Origin: Sodalis sp. Ffu | Lineage (GTDB): Bacteria > Pseudomonadota > Gammaproteobacteria > Enterobacterales > Enterobacteriaceae | Direction of reading: 5' to 3' | DNA length: 32,000 nt | Assembly: GCA_024748595.1 (NCBI GenBank) | Contig: CP072944.1 | Location: forward strand, 1-32,000 | Shown: positions 9,432 to 19,206 of the stretch, piece after piece | Layout of the letters: each line of letters starts with the position of its first letter | How positions within the stretch are numbered: position 1 is the first letter of the stretch | The notes under the pieces: generated by a model | Seen by the model: only the letters and a program-made list of their open reading frames with translations | What the model was told of the DNA's origin: nothing | The model's database searches: none | Translations under genes and position numbers: made by a program

Positions 9432-10314
9432 AGTCGTATTTCGGCACCCAATTGGCGCTGGATTTGCAGTAGTGTTTCCGATGGCTATTGGAGGGATTGC
9501 CTGAGTTTCCACCAACAACGTCAATGGTCCGGTTTTTCGGATCGTCTGCTCGATTTTCTAAGTCACAAACTGGTAGAAAAATAAAGCAGTGATGATAGTA
9601 CGGCGGGGTGCCTTTAATGGCAAATTGACAGATAGCAGCATGTAGCGAACAAGTGTTCAATGCGTCTTTTAGCACGGGCGCTGTAATAAATAGAATAATC
9701 GATAGTGGAAGCAGCGCGAGTTTTTATATAAATCCGCGTTCCATAGATGCCACTGATACGGGATGGCTAAATTTGCTAAACAGTACTACTCCCCATAGTG
9801 ATGGATTAAATTGGCCGTGCAGGAAATAATGCTTCGATGGGCTGATCATATCAAGTAATTATAGGCTAAAAATAGGTGCCATGGATGCCTTTTATAGCTC
9901 GTTCCTTTCGCGGTATTTTCATCACCACAATTGATACTGTTGTGCTATGGTTATGATCGTCTCCATCTTAAAGGCTACGTCGGTATAATGAATTGGCACG
10001 ATAACGCTGGTTTTAGAAGTCATCGCTGTTTTGATCAGTATTTTATCTATATTTAGGATATTTGGGTGGATATCTACAAAGACAATATTGCTGTGGGAAA
10101 AGGTATTGCTAGGCATAATTACTTCATCTTTGGGGCAATATTTAGTAACATTGCCGCAATTTTCAACGCAGCCAATCATGTGGCGGTTGGGTAAAGCTGC
10201 AGCGCCGGTAGATTGTCGGTTTATGTTGCCCACCATAGAGGTGGACTTGGAGATTATGTCGTCGGCACCACAGCCAGGCGCAATTGCGCCCTATAAAAGC
10301 TCCACTGATAATTC

Positions 10315-10625
10315 TTTCTATATTAGATATATTTTATTAATTGAGATGATTTCTAGCTCGCCACTTGTTGATTGTGTCACTAGTTTGGCAAACTTCACTA
10401 TTTGATGAATCATATAAACAAAAATCCTGTTATCCGCGCCCAGTATCAATAGGGATGGGTGTATTTTTCTTTCAGTGATCCGAGCACAGAAATAGTTATC
10501 GAATTTCACTATATCGAAAGGCTTATGTCCATCTACCTGGTATCTTAGAGCGTTGCGTCCTGCTTGCGTTCAGCCATTGCCGCAGCTTAGGTTTACACCT
10601 GGCTGAAATAAATATTATCCCCAGC
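10315..10625 (-). pseudogene. rffH: rffH remnant (glucose-1-phosphate thymidylyltransferase), internal fragment only
   Basis: Minus-strand LAGDNIYFSQ matches RffH LGDNIFFGQ. ORF 10318-10509 reads FDNYFCARITERKIHPS...FVYMIHQIVKFAKLVTQSTSGELEIISINKIYL, where RffH has FDDNFRAISLEEKPKQPKS...[32 protein letters not shown]. The N-terminal roughly 100 codons and the C-terminus are missing. Confidence 0.6.
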
Positions 10626-11390
10626 TAAACAACAGCTATAGCATGGATAAAATTTCTCAATCAAAAAATCCTTAGCCAGCTTTCAGGTCTAGAAGAGCTG
10701 GGACAATTTAGGTGTATTAAGTGCTTGCCACTATCGAGTCAATGTCTTGAACAACGCACTTCACCAGGGAGTATGATAATCAGGCTCTGGCGTATTTTCG
10801 TCAATATCAGCATTGATAGCGGAAATAAACCATCAGTTTGTCGTAGTATATAGGGAATAGCTTAGAGACCCGGTAGGTTATCGGGTGCAACGGCTACTGA
10901 TGCATCCTGTTAAAATAATATCTTTTATCTATTATTTTTTATAATAGCCCAATTTGAGGCATTCGCTGTTATAACTTCTATGTACTACGCTGGGGCTCCA
11001 TTCCAGGTATGTGAGATACCAACGCAGGTATTTGCAAGTCCGCTATCAAAACTTTTCTGTGGTCTACCAGTAGAGTTCACGTTCAATTTTGTTGGTATCA
11101 ATGGTATACGCTGGTCTGATTCAGCAAGCTGTATAATGTTTCAATGACTTCTATATCGCTAGATGCATGATAGCCTCGGGCGGAAATTGGACCATTGCCG
11201 ATATTAGAGCGCGCAAAACTGTAACGGGGATCGCCGGTTATTTGCGTCAATAAGTCTAAATTGCTGGCATAAATCAGTTTATCTATCATCAACACTTGTA
11301 GTGGCGATAATGTATCGTACTGCAGCGGAGTTGATGAACCAGCTTTTCTGACGACTAGTAGGCTCCTCAGATATACCTTAGTGGATCGAC
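10625..11390 (-). pseudogene. rffG: rffG remnant (dTDP-glucose 4,6-dehydratase), 3' third deleted
   Basis: Minus-strand KSWFINSAAVRYIIATTSVDD matches RffG [21 protein letters not shown]. ORF 11098-11295 reads MIDKLIYASNLDLL, matching VVDKLTYAGNLMSL. Further fragments are N*T*TLLV and HLNCPSS..PESWL, with multiple stops. Confidence 0.65.
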
Positions 11391-11394
11391 TATC

Positions 11395-12285
11395 CAGCGT
11401 TGCGTGATGGCGGACGGTTAGATAGCACGAAATTGGCGGGGGGATCCACTAGGATTGCTAGAATATCGGTGCTCGTTAGTGCTTGATCACGTTCTACCAT
11501 GGTTGCTAGCTCATCAATTGTAGGTTGGCAAAGCGCTAATATTGGTCTTTTAGCCAGATTTTGTCCAGAGTGCTTTTTGGCCTATAAGGCGCGTTACTTC
11601 TGTGGCTGTGCTTTCGCGTAAGTCGTTGATATCCGGCTTGAAGGTCAGATTGAAGGGCAATAGGTACATTTCTTATGTAGTGTCTGTTGTCACTTGGGCA
11701 ATCAGATAGCCTTTTTTAACCTTTCGGTACAGTTTTAATGTCATTTATTTAGTGTGCTGGTGGTTGGATTAGGCGCCTATTTGCCTAATTTTGAGCAATA
11801 ATAGACCAGGGATTTGCAATACAATGGTCGTTCCTGTTTAAGAATATTGACTCGCATATTGTGGTTTAGTGCTATTATCTTCCAGATGTTGATTTGCTGT
11901 TCTGCAAACATCAGCGAAAGCTTATTGGCGAAAGAGATATTCATCGCGAAAATTATTTTCAGTCATTTTACACATTTCGGAAATGCGGGTGTTGGTCATC
12001 ACGTACTCTACTTTCAGTAAGATGTGGTACAGATCATAGGCTCGCACTGAGCAGCGTGGCGTCATTATCGCTAAATTACTAAGATGTTTCTAATGAGCTT
12101 AACTAACATCTTGTTGGGCAGCACTAGTTCAGGTCATTAGGCCGATATTAATCGCTGCTTCAGGTGGAAGAAAAGGTGGGTATACGCTGATTAGCCAGTG
12201 TACCATTTGTTCAGTGTGCCTATCGGCGAAGTGAATTCCAAGATTACTAAATCCGCTGGCTTTCAGCATTAGCGCTAGCGAAAGA
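11395..12285 (-). pseudogene. wecC: wecC remnant (UDP-ManNAc dehydrogenase)
   Basis: Four minus-strand fragments align to E. coli WecC:
- VHWLISVYPPF to DAWLIAVPTPF;
- LKVEYVMTNTRISEMCKMTENNFRDEYLFRQ* to LEGECVVTNSRTAEMCKLTENSFRDVNIAFAN;
- LTFKPDINDLRESTATEVTRLIGQ to LAFKPDIDDLRESPAMEIAELIAQ;
- TDILAILVDPP to ADVLVMLVDHS.
There are stops and internal deletions. Confidence 0.7.
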
Positions 12286-13280
12286 GCTGTTTAATGATGA
12301 TTTGCTAACAGGCTTGCCCTGGCCCTTAGAGTTTATTCGCATTTTGGTACACCTGTGTATCATTTAAAACTGTAACACCCTTGCTAAATCCTACATATGG
12401 TTCTTTTGAGTGCATATGACAGCAGCTATCGCTTTAGGTAGTTCTGTGGTTTACGTATAAAATCATCACTGGTTTTTCTAATGTAGGAACTTTCTCTTGA
12501 ATCCTACTAGAATTAGTCAAACTAAGAGTGGGGTGATTCATTAAATGGATAAATTGCAAATAGTTTTTCGGGTTGATTAATTTTATATTGGTAATACTGT
12601 TGAACATCCAGTTCACTGGTTTGTGAACTTTAGTATTAAGGTGCATTGGTTAGATTTCCGCACACTCTGGTGGTATAGACGATATGCGTTAAGGCATGGC
12701 ATATGCTCCCAAAACCATTGCCAAAGTTCTTCCGACGATGTTCGGTAATTAATATCAATTTTAACGCTATCGAGAAAATCATAGCGTCAAAGCTATCCCG
12801 TGCAGCGTAGCGCTGCTAATAACTTGGTTTCACATTTAAAAAATCGCGTTATTCATTGTATTACCGGTTATGATGGTCCGACCTATAGGCAATATTGCTG
12901 CCAGTAGATTTTGACGTACTTTATCGGTGATCTCGACATAGCTCATTGGAATATGCTAGTAAATGCCGCAAAGCTGGTAGCTATAGTGGTGGTATCGATG
13001 TGGATGAGCAATGATATCAGGTTGAAAGGCTTCAAGTTGGCTGTATTTCGATCAGTATTGGCTAATGATTTCATTCAGCTCTTGTGTTGGATGCATGATA
13101 TTTAAATCGTAATCGGGCACGATCTTAAATAAGAAGCGCAATCTCTGATCCAGTATTTCGCGATGCTGGGTCGTGATGCAGATGCTGGTTTTAAAGGCCG
13201 GGTGATTTGGACATCGCTAAAACCAGCGGTGCTATTTTTATGGTTTTCGGTCATTTGCCGAAGACGATTAATACTTTTAT
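12285..13280 (-). pseudogene. wecB: wecB remnant (UDP-GlcNAc 2-epimerase)
   Basis: The start codon is ATA rather than ATG at 13280. The minus strand reads [54 protein letters not shown], where WecB has [58 protein letters not shown]. ORF 12434-12646 reads HLNTKVHKPVNWMF..IKLINPKNYLQFIHLMNH..LSLTNSSRIQEKVPTLEKPVMIL, where WecB has [55 protein letters not shown]. Confidence 0.8.
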
Positions 13281-13289
13281 AGCAGTTCC

Positions 13290-14185
13290 CTTTATTTTAA
13301 GCTCAGCCGTCGCGAAGGTTAAAAATAATTTTAGCTGTACGGCGGTAGTAGACTATAGGTATTCCACAAAATGAATAGAAACGCTTTGCGTGGTTTATTG
13401 TGTTTTATTGTTTCCTCAGAAGTTCTTAAATAACGGTAAGTTTTTAAATGTTTTAATCCGTTTATCATAAGTGGGTCCGGTAGCTTGCAGGGCTACCCTC
13501 TGCACTTTATAAAAGTGTATGAATCAGGAAGAACAGCTCAGTATTGTATATGTGTTCAAGTTACCGCCACTTGCCGTTTCCCTTTCGTCTTGGGAGAAAA
13601 TTGTGCATGCGGTTGAGGTTGGTTAGCCATTCTTCATCAGATGAATGGCACAGAAGCTGATTAGCATGCAACGTAGTTTTCGCTACTATCTGCGTTATAT
13701 TTAACAGCTTTTTTTGAAATGGTATTGCCGTTTATCAGCTTATTTTAGTAGCTTAGTAGCTCCGCGTTGATGTGTACGTCATACTATTTGCGTGCTGTGG
13801 TATTGGTAAGCCAAAATATCATAGGTGTCTCATAAGCGGCTAGTCATAATAAATTTCGTTGGTGATGTATGAAGTATCAAGAGCTAGGAAAGGTGGTATG
13901 TTCATATTGAAATTGTGCAATAACTGCTGTTGAAAATGAAAAATAGTAATTTCTTAAAAGATTGATCGTTGGTTTATTAGTCATGGTGGGTTTTGGGGCA
14001 GCTCACTACTGGTTACCAGCTTTAGGGGGTAAAGCAAAGCTTGTTTGCTTGCGCTGGCAGCCACAGCACGTAATGGTGGGTTTGTCGTGCTTAGAATAAG
14101 CAAAAAAATTTTGCAGATACAATTTGTTTTCGACAGCTGATTTTTATCTAGCGAAGTAGGGTAAGGTGTTAGATATTATTTTCGT
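13290..14185 (-). pseudogene. wzzE: wzzE remnant (ECA chain-length regulator)
   Basis: Minus-strand TYRYLRTSEETIKHNKPRKAFLFILW (about 13361-13442) matches the WzzE C-terminus QTYRYLRTPEEPVKRDSPRRAFLMIMW. The rest is full of stops. It sits directly after wecA, as in E. coli. Confidence 0.6.
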
Positions 14186-14194
14186 TCCTAGTTT

Positions 14195-15289
14195 TTATTT
14201 AAGGTAATATTTTTTGTAATGGCTAAAGCGTTGTTTGGTACGATTCACAAATCGGGCAATTTGCCAGGCACCTTTCAGCAGGTATCCATATAGGAAAAAT
14301 ACGCCTATCCACAATAGGAGCATGACTGATTCTGGCCAGTGTAACCAGCTTTCTCCTGCGATGCCAAACAATGCTAATAGCGCGCCAGTGATGGTGATAA
14401 TAATAAATGTTTGGAGTGAGCTAAAACCGGCGCGTATGATGAGATGGTGGATATGTTGTTGGTCAGGGGCGAAAGGACTAATGCCCTTGCGCATACGCCG
14501 ATACATGATGACGATCATATCCATCAGCGGTACGGCTATGACCCACAGGGCGGTCACTGGATTCATTGTGTGTTTCCAGCCCTGAGTGCTTTGCAGCAAC
14601 AGCCAGATAATGGTAAATCCGATCATGGTGCTACCGGCATCTCCCATAAAAACTTTGTAACTTCGGCCGAATATACCAAGGTTGAGCAAAATATAGGGAA
14701 GAATGGCGGCAATCATGGCAAAGCACCAAAGTGCTAAACTAGGGTTATTATTTAGGAATAGCAAAATGCCCATGGCTGCCAGCGATACGCAAGAAAGTCC
14801 TCCTAGCAGCCCATCGATGCCGTCCACCATATTGAATGCGTTGATGGCCGCCCAGACGGCAAATAGCGTTACTGGATAGCCGAAAGGCCCCAGTACTAGC
14901 TCCCACGATCCGAAAATATAACCCAGGCTATTTATATAACGGTCGCTGAATATCATCACCGCGCTTGCCACTAGTGCTTGGATGATAGCCCGTGTCACTA
15001 CGCTGATATCAAAACGATCGTCGAGCGCACCGATAACAACTAAAATTCCGGCGCATATCAAGTAAAGCGCCATATAGGGAACATAGTGGTCTGTATAAAA
15101 AAAGGCGAAACAGATGCCGGCATAAATAGAAATTCCACCGACTAAAGGGATCTGTCCCTGGTGACGTTTGCGATAATTGGGTTTATCAACCAATCCTATT
15201 TTTTTTGCAACCTTGCTTGCTATGAATAAAAAAAATAAAGAAAATAAAAAAATAGCAATAAAATTGGTACCCATATTGAGTATATTCAC
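14195..15289 (-). CDS. wecA: UDP-GlcNAc:undecaprenyl-phosphate GlcNAc-1-phosphate transferase
   Basis: The 364-aa ORF is collinear with E. coli WecA (367 aa): KVAKK.GLVDKPN.RKRHQG.IPLVGGIS.YAGICF...GALDDRFDIS...NAFNMVDGIDGLLGGLSCVS...VFMGDAGST.IGFT.IW...PDQQHIHHLI.RAGF. Confidence 0.95.
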   Translation of the reverse strand: MNILNMGTNFIAIFLFSLFFLFIASKVAKKIGLVDKPNYRKRHQGQIPLVGGISIYAGICFAFFYTDHYVPYMALYLICAGILVVIGALDDRFDISVVTRAIIQALVASAVMIFSDRYINSLGYIFGSWELVLGPFGYPVTLFAVWAAINAFNMVDGIDGLLGGLSCVSLAAMGILLFLNNNPSLALWCFAMIAAILPYILLNLGIFGRSYKVFMGDAGSTMIGFTIIWLLLQSTQGWKHTMNPVTALWVIAVPLMDMIVIMYRRMRKGISPFAPDQQHIHHLIIRAGFSSLQTFIIITITGALLALFGIAGESWLHWPESVMLLLWIGVFFLYGYLLKGAWQIARFVNRTKQRFSHYKKYYLK

Positions 15290-15345
15290 ATATATAAAAC
15301 TCTTTATATCCTATATATCCTATTTAGGTCGTTGAATAGGATATC

Positions 15346-15955
15346 GGCTTTGTTGAATGAACTAACCGTTGACGATTTTTTATAAAAAGTCATTCAAATT
15401 ACTTGTCTGGTGACGAGTCTACCTAGTTAGGTAATTTTGTTTAATGTGTCTTCATGGCTATTACTTCTTTTAGTTGGATGGCGTAGATCTTGATATCAGG
15501 TAGTGGAAATAGTCATTTTATGTGTATTTTTGTCAGAACGCATTGATGCTACCTGAATTTTATTATTACTAATAATAATTATTTTTATTAAAACTTTGAT
15601 TGGTACCAATTTGATTTTTTGTATTTTGCCAACAGCTTAGGTTGTGCTTTTGTATCTAGTCTGTTGCTCGGTGATGGTCAAAGCGGATTATGTCATTTAT
15701 CGTGGTATCGACTATCACATACAGTGTGTGTCAGGTGAAAGATTTTAATTTCAAAATACAGTTATGATGAAACCTCTGAATATATTGTACTGGTAAGTGG
15801 TTTTATTATGGTGATACCAGGCATCAAAAATTGCGGTATCAAATTAAAACGTTATTGATCCGTGTTTTGATGATGGTGTTATTGTAGTTCGCCGCATTTG
15901 TGATTTTAAGCTTTATCCTTGCCAAAGACACTACAGATGTGTTTATTCTGGCACT
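15346..15955 (-). mobile_element. IS903-like relic D (3' two-thirds of the element, internally deleted)
   Basis: It starts with GGCTTTGTTGAATGAAC, the best match in the window to the IS903 terminal repeat as I recall it (GGCTTTGTTGAATAAATC). It aligns block by block to 17354-18075 of copy B. The minus strand reads IVDTTINDII, where copy B has TIDTTIHDIIH. Confidence 0.6.
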
Positions 15956-15962
15956 AGAAATT

Positions 15963-15992
15963 AATAACGTCACATGAAAACGTGACGTTATT
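15963..15992 (-). terminator. possible rho terminator hairpin
   Basis: Perfect 11-bp stem AATAACGTCAC / GTGACGTTATT with an 8-nt loop, starting 6 nt after the rho stop. It is followed on the minus strand by AATTTCT, a weak U-tract. Confidence 0.45.
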
Positions 15993-15998
15993 CTAATT

Positions 15999-17258
15999 TT
16001 AAGAGCGTTTCATCATGTCGAAGAATTCGTCGTTAGTTTTGCTCATCGCTAATTTATTCATCAAAAATTCCATCGCGTCAATTTCACCCATCGGATGGAT
16101 GATTTTACGTAGAATCCACATTTTTTGTAGTTCTTCCTGGGTAGTAAGCAATTCTTCTTTACGGGTACCTGAACGGTTATAGTCGATGGCTGGGAATACA
16201 CGTTTTTCGGCGATTTTGCGCGACAGATGTAGTTCCATATTACCGGTGCCTTTAAATTCTTCGTAAATGACTTCATCCATTTTCGAACCGGTATCGATGA
16301 GTGCAGTGGCGATAATAGTCAAGCTGCCGCCTTCTTCCATATTTCGCGCGGCTCCGAAGAAACGTTTTGGCCGATGCAGGGCGTTGGCGTCAACACCTCC
16401 GGTTAAAACTTTGCCGGAGGCTGGTACTACAGTATTATAAGCACGCGCTAAACGGGTAATAGAATCCAATAAAATAGTAACGTCTTTCTTATGTTCCACT
16501 AAGCGCTTGGCTTTTTCGATTACCATTTCGGAGACCTGTACGTGGCGAGCAGCCGGCTCGTCAAAGGTCGAGGCAATTACTTCCCCCTTCACCAGACGCT
16601 GCATTTCGGTTACTTCTTCCGGACGTTCGTCAATCAGCAGTACCATCAGTACACAGTCGGGATGGTTATAAGCAATACTTTGTGCAATATTTTGCAGCAG
16701 CATGGTTTTACCGGCTTTGGGCGGTGCTACGATTAAGCCGCGTTGCCCACGTCCGATGGGTGAGGCCAGATCTAAAACTCGGGCTGTTAAATCTTCGGTG
16801 GAACCATTACCTCGCTCCATACGTAAACGTGAGTTGGCATGCAGTGGCGTTAAATTTTCGAACAGAATTTTGTTACGGGCATTTTCTGGTTTATCGTAGT
16901 TAACTTCGTTAACCTTTAGTAACGCGAAATAACGTTCGCCTTCTTTCGGCGGGCGGATTTTGCCGGAAATAGTATCACCCGTGCGCAAGTTGAAACGGCG
17001 AATTTGGCTAGGAGAAACGTAGATGTCATCGGGGCCGGCAAGATAAGAACTATCGCTGGAGCGGAGAAAACCAAACCCGTCCTGCAATATTTCTAATACA
17101 CCGTCGCCAAAAATATCCTCACCACTTTTGGAATGCTGTTTGAGAATTGCGAAAATTATATCTTGTTTACGCATGCGGGCTAGGTTTTCTAGTCCCATAT
17201 TTTCGCCGAGAGTTACTAGCTCGGAAACGGGCGTATTTTTTAATTCGGTAAGGTTCAT
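15999..17258 (-). CDS. rho: transcription termination factor Rho
   Basis: Taken from the ATG at 17258, the 419-aa product [42 protein letters not shown]...MMKRS is over 90 percent identical by eye to E. coli Rho and has the same length. The ORF-track start at 17348 would add 30 non-homologous residues. Confidence 0.97.
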   Translation of the reverse strand: MNLTELKNTPVSELVTLGENMGLENLARMRKQDIIFAILKQHSKSGEDIFGDGVLEILQDGFGFLRSSDSSYLAGPDDIYVSPSQIRRFNLRTGDTISGKIRPPKEGERYFALLKVNEVNYDKPENARNKILFENLTPLHANSRLRMERGNGSTEDLTARVLDLASPIGRGQRGLIVAPPKAGKTMLLQNIAQSIAYNHPDCVLMVLLIDERPEEVTEMQRLVKGEVIASTFDEPAARHVQVSEMVIEKAKRLVEHKKDVTILLDSITRLARAYNTVVPASGKVLTGGVDANALHRPKRFFGAARNMEEGGSLTIIATALIDTGSKMDEVIYEEFKGTGNMELHLSRKIAEKRVFPAIDYNRSGTRKEELLTTQEELQKMWILRKIIHPMGEIDAMEFLMNKLAMSKTNDEFFDMMKRS

Positions 17259-17353
17259 GATGGTGGGTTCTTTAATTCGGGGTATATTTTGAACTGATGT
17301 TGTGGAGGCAGCGTAAAATCGTGTCTGTCTAATGCCTTGTAATCCCATTGAGG

Positions 17354-18389
17354 GAGTTTGTTGAATCTAGCCATTGACGAGCCTTTCTTTATTAAAATTG
17401 TTATTAAAGATTTTAAGCCATTAGTCCGATGACAACTATACCTTTAGTTGATCTCATGTTGTTCAATGCTCGTTTCGTTGGCTATGGCTTTCCTCTATGG
17501 GCCAGTAATGTCAATAGTCCATCGAATAGTCGTTTTATTCGTGACATGTTTGCTTCTTCTGCCAAAGAGACTTGAGGTGTACCCTAGTTTTTGTTTCCAG
17601 TGGTCATTATTTTTTGTTAAACGTTGATTGGCGAGCGTCTGATTTTTATCATTATAACCGTGCCAATTATGTATGCTTCTTTTGTGATTATCAGTGGTTT
17701 GATTTTTTAGCCAATAATCTATCAAAGCTACCATGCATATCATAAGTTCTATTTTAGTAGTAGTAGTTTCTTTAATTTTTCGGTATGTTTGTTTTAACTG
17801 TTCAAGTAGTGCTTCAGCGTTCTGCAATAGATTAGAGTGTATAATGTCATGTATAGTGGTATCAATTGTTTGAAGTTTGTGCCAGCTCCAGCGTTTTTTT
17901 TGACTATGAGTTTTGACTTTCCATGCGCTTTCATCAAGGATATTCATCCTAGTGGTGTCAGCAATATGAGAGATATTGCTGGATGTCGAGGTTTTTATTA
18001 TGACATTCACTCTTTTAGCCCGTTTATTGATGTAGGTAAAGCCTTGGCAATGTAGAGAAATATTTATTAACTGAAATATGAAATCTATAAAACCTTGTAA
18101 TGTATTTTGTGTTAGACTAAAAATTAGTTTTAATATGAATATAGTGCTGATCACTATATTCGCATGTCTTATTGTACGATATTTTTTAAGCTCTTTGATT
18201 TTGCCATGCCAGGCAGCGATGCTAGAAATATCCAACCAAAACTTCAGTGATATGTATTTGATGAGTGTCTTGTTGTGGTTGGTCCAATTAATGATTTTAA
18301 ATTTTTGCTTTGCCATAGAGAGATTTTTTCCTAAAAATTGGTGATCTACCTTTCATTATTAGAAAAAGTCTGATTTATTCAAAAAGTCC
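17354..18389 (-). mobile_element. IS903-like element, copy B (near full length, about 1.04 kb, IS5 family)
   Basis: The ends are GAGTTTGTTGAATCTAG (17354 onward) and, reverse-complemented, GGACTTTTTGAATAAATCAGAC (18389 back to 18368). These are inverted copies of the IS903-type terminal repeat. It encloses the transposase-like ORF 17495-18316, and its size is close to IS903 (about 1.06 kb). A possible decayed 9-bp target duplication is CCATTGAGG (17345-17353) vs CCGTTGGGT (18389-18397), matching at 6 of 9 positions. Confidence 0.8.
17495..18316 (-). CDS. IS903-group transposase homologue, C-terminally shortened and probably catalytically dead
   Basis: The 273-aa ORF shares three blocks with IS903 transposase (307 aa), as recalled:
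- KFKIINWTNHNKTLIKYISLKFWLD to YKIRNWSEYNKALINRGSLTFWLD;
- LQGFIDFIFQLINISLHCQGFTYINKRAKRVNV to AQGFIDSIFTLMNVPLRCPDYTCVSRRAKSVNV;
- NQTLANQRLT to NRAVANQRMT.
The DGAYD and SIAET catalytic motifs are not recognisable. Confidence 0.7.
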   Translation of the reverse strand: MAKQKFKIINWTNHNKTLIKYISLKFWLDISSIAAWHGKIKELKKYRTIRHANIVISTIFILKLIFSLTQNTLQGFIDFIFQLINISLHCQGFTYINKRAKRVNVIIKTSTSSNISHIADTTRMNILDESAWKVKTHSQKKRWSWHKLQTIDTTIHDIIHSNLLQNAEALLEQLKQTYRKIKETTTTKIELMICMVALIDYWLKNQTTDNHKRSIHNWHGYNDKNQTLANQRLTKNNDHWKQKLGYTSSLFGRRSKHVTNKTTIRWTIDITGP

Positions 18390-18669
18390 CGTTGGGTTTG
18401 ACGAACAGCGTTTCATGAAAGAAAGATGAATAAATAATAAAGACTAAGATTAAGTAATAACGTATTGATTGCCACCCGCTGCCTGACCTCCATCGTTGGT
18501 CACGTTTGAGGCTGTAATACAATGGGGTGCAGGCAAAGAGTAAATTTAGATACAGATAAGTGAATCAAATGCAGTACGCATAAACTTAGCATGGTTCTTG
18601 ACGGGCGTCTAGCAATCGTATTAAGAAAGCTGATGAACGCCGAGCCCAGAGGAAGATTTGTTTGATCGT

Positions 18670-18996
18670 TTACAGATTTGAATTAAGAAACTCTTTGAGT
18701 TGTCCTTTGGATAACGCGCCAACTTTGGTGGCTATCACTTTACCGTCACGGAACAGTAAAAGAGCTGGAATACTGCGGATTCCGTATTTTTGTGGCGTGG
18801 TGGTATTCTTGTCAATGTTTAGTTTTGCGATGGTCAATTTGCTGTCAAATTCATCAGCTATTTCTTCCAGAATAGGCGCAATGCTTTTACAAGGACCGCA
18901 CCATTCCGCCCAAAAATCGATCAGGAATAACCCTTCTGCTTGCAGAATATCCTTTTCAAAACTATTATCGCTCAGATTAATAATTTTATCGCTCAT
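18670..18996 (-). CDS. trxA: thioredoxin 1
   Basis: From the ATG at 18996 (GGAG 7 nt upstream), the 108-aa product is [50 protein letters not shown]...[20 protein letters not shown]. It has the WCGPC active site and is collinear with E. coli TrxA. The ORF-track start at 19035 adds 13 non-homologous residues. Confidence 0.95.
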   Translation of the reverse strand: MSDKIINLSDNSFEKDILQAEGLFLIDFWAEWCGPCKSIAPILEEIADEFDSKLTIAKLNIDKNTTTPQKYGIRSIPALLLFRDGKVIATKVGALSKGQLKEFLNSNL

Positions 18997-19206
18997 ATTT
19001 AACTCCACAAAATTATCTTTAGCTGTATTTTGCAAATAAACAACATTTATGTTAATTTAACTTCATTATATACACTATTACGTAATAATTAACTTGTATT
19101 TAGCTACACTAAAAACATATGAATTAAAAATTTTCCAACTTATCCTAGTATCCCCTGTTTCTGGTTAAGTGCTATTTGTTGCACGACTAAAAACTACTGA
19201 CTAGGT

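Larger units (their letters stand above)
9180..10310 (-). pseudogene. wecE: wecE remnant (TDP-4-oxo-6-deoxy-D-glucose transaminase)
   Basis: ORF 9922-10236 reads KDEVIMPSNTFSHSNIVFVDIHPNILNIDKILIKTAMTSKTSVIVPIHYTDVAFKMETIITIAQQYQLW. E. coli WecE has GDEVIMPSYTFVSTANAF..IVFVDVRPDTMNIDETLIEAAITDKTRVIVPVHYAGVACEMDTIMALAKKHNLF. The frame breaks on both sides, and the downstream part (ORF 9430-9675) is in another frame. Confidence 0.7.

Noticed and set aside
17259-17348. A 30-codon N-terminal extension of rho (ORF-track start at 17348, [30 protein letters not shown]...).
   Set aside because: The ATG at 17258 gives a 419-aa protein that matches E. coli Rho from its first residue. The extension has no homology and starts 6 nt from the IS end. 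It is most likely fortuitous openness of the frame.
17837-18344. Plus-strand ORFs of 72 and 88 aa inside IS copy B.
   Set aside because: They are antisense to the transposase-like frame, AT-rich, and have no homology. IS903 is not known to me to encode an opposite-strand protein.
18662-19039. A 125-aa plus-strand ORF that exactly mirrors trxA.
   Set aside because: It is antisense to an unmistakable thioredoxin gene and has no independent support.
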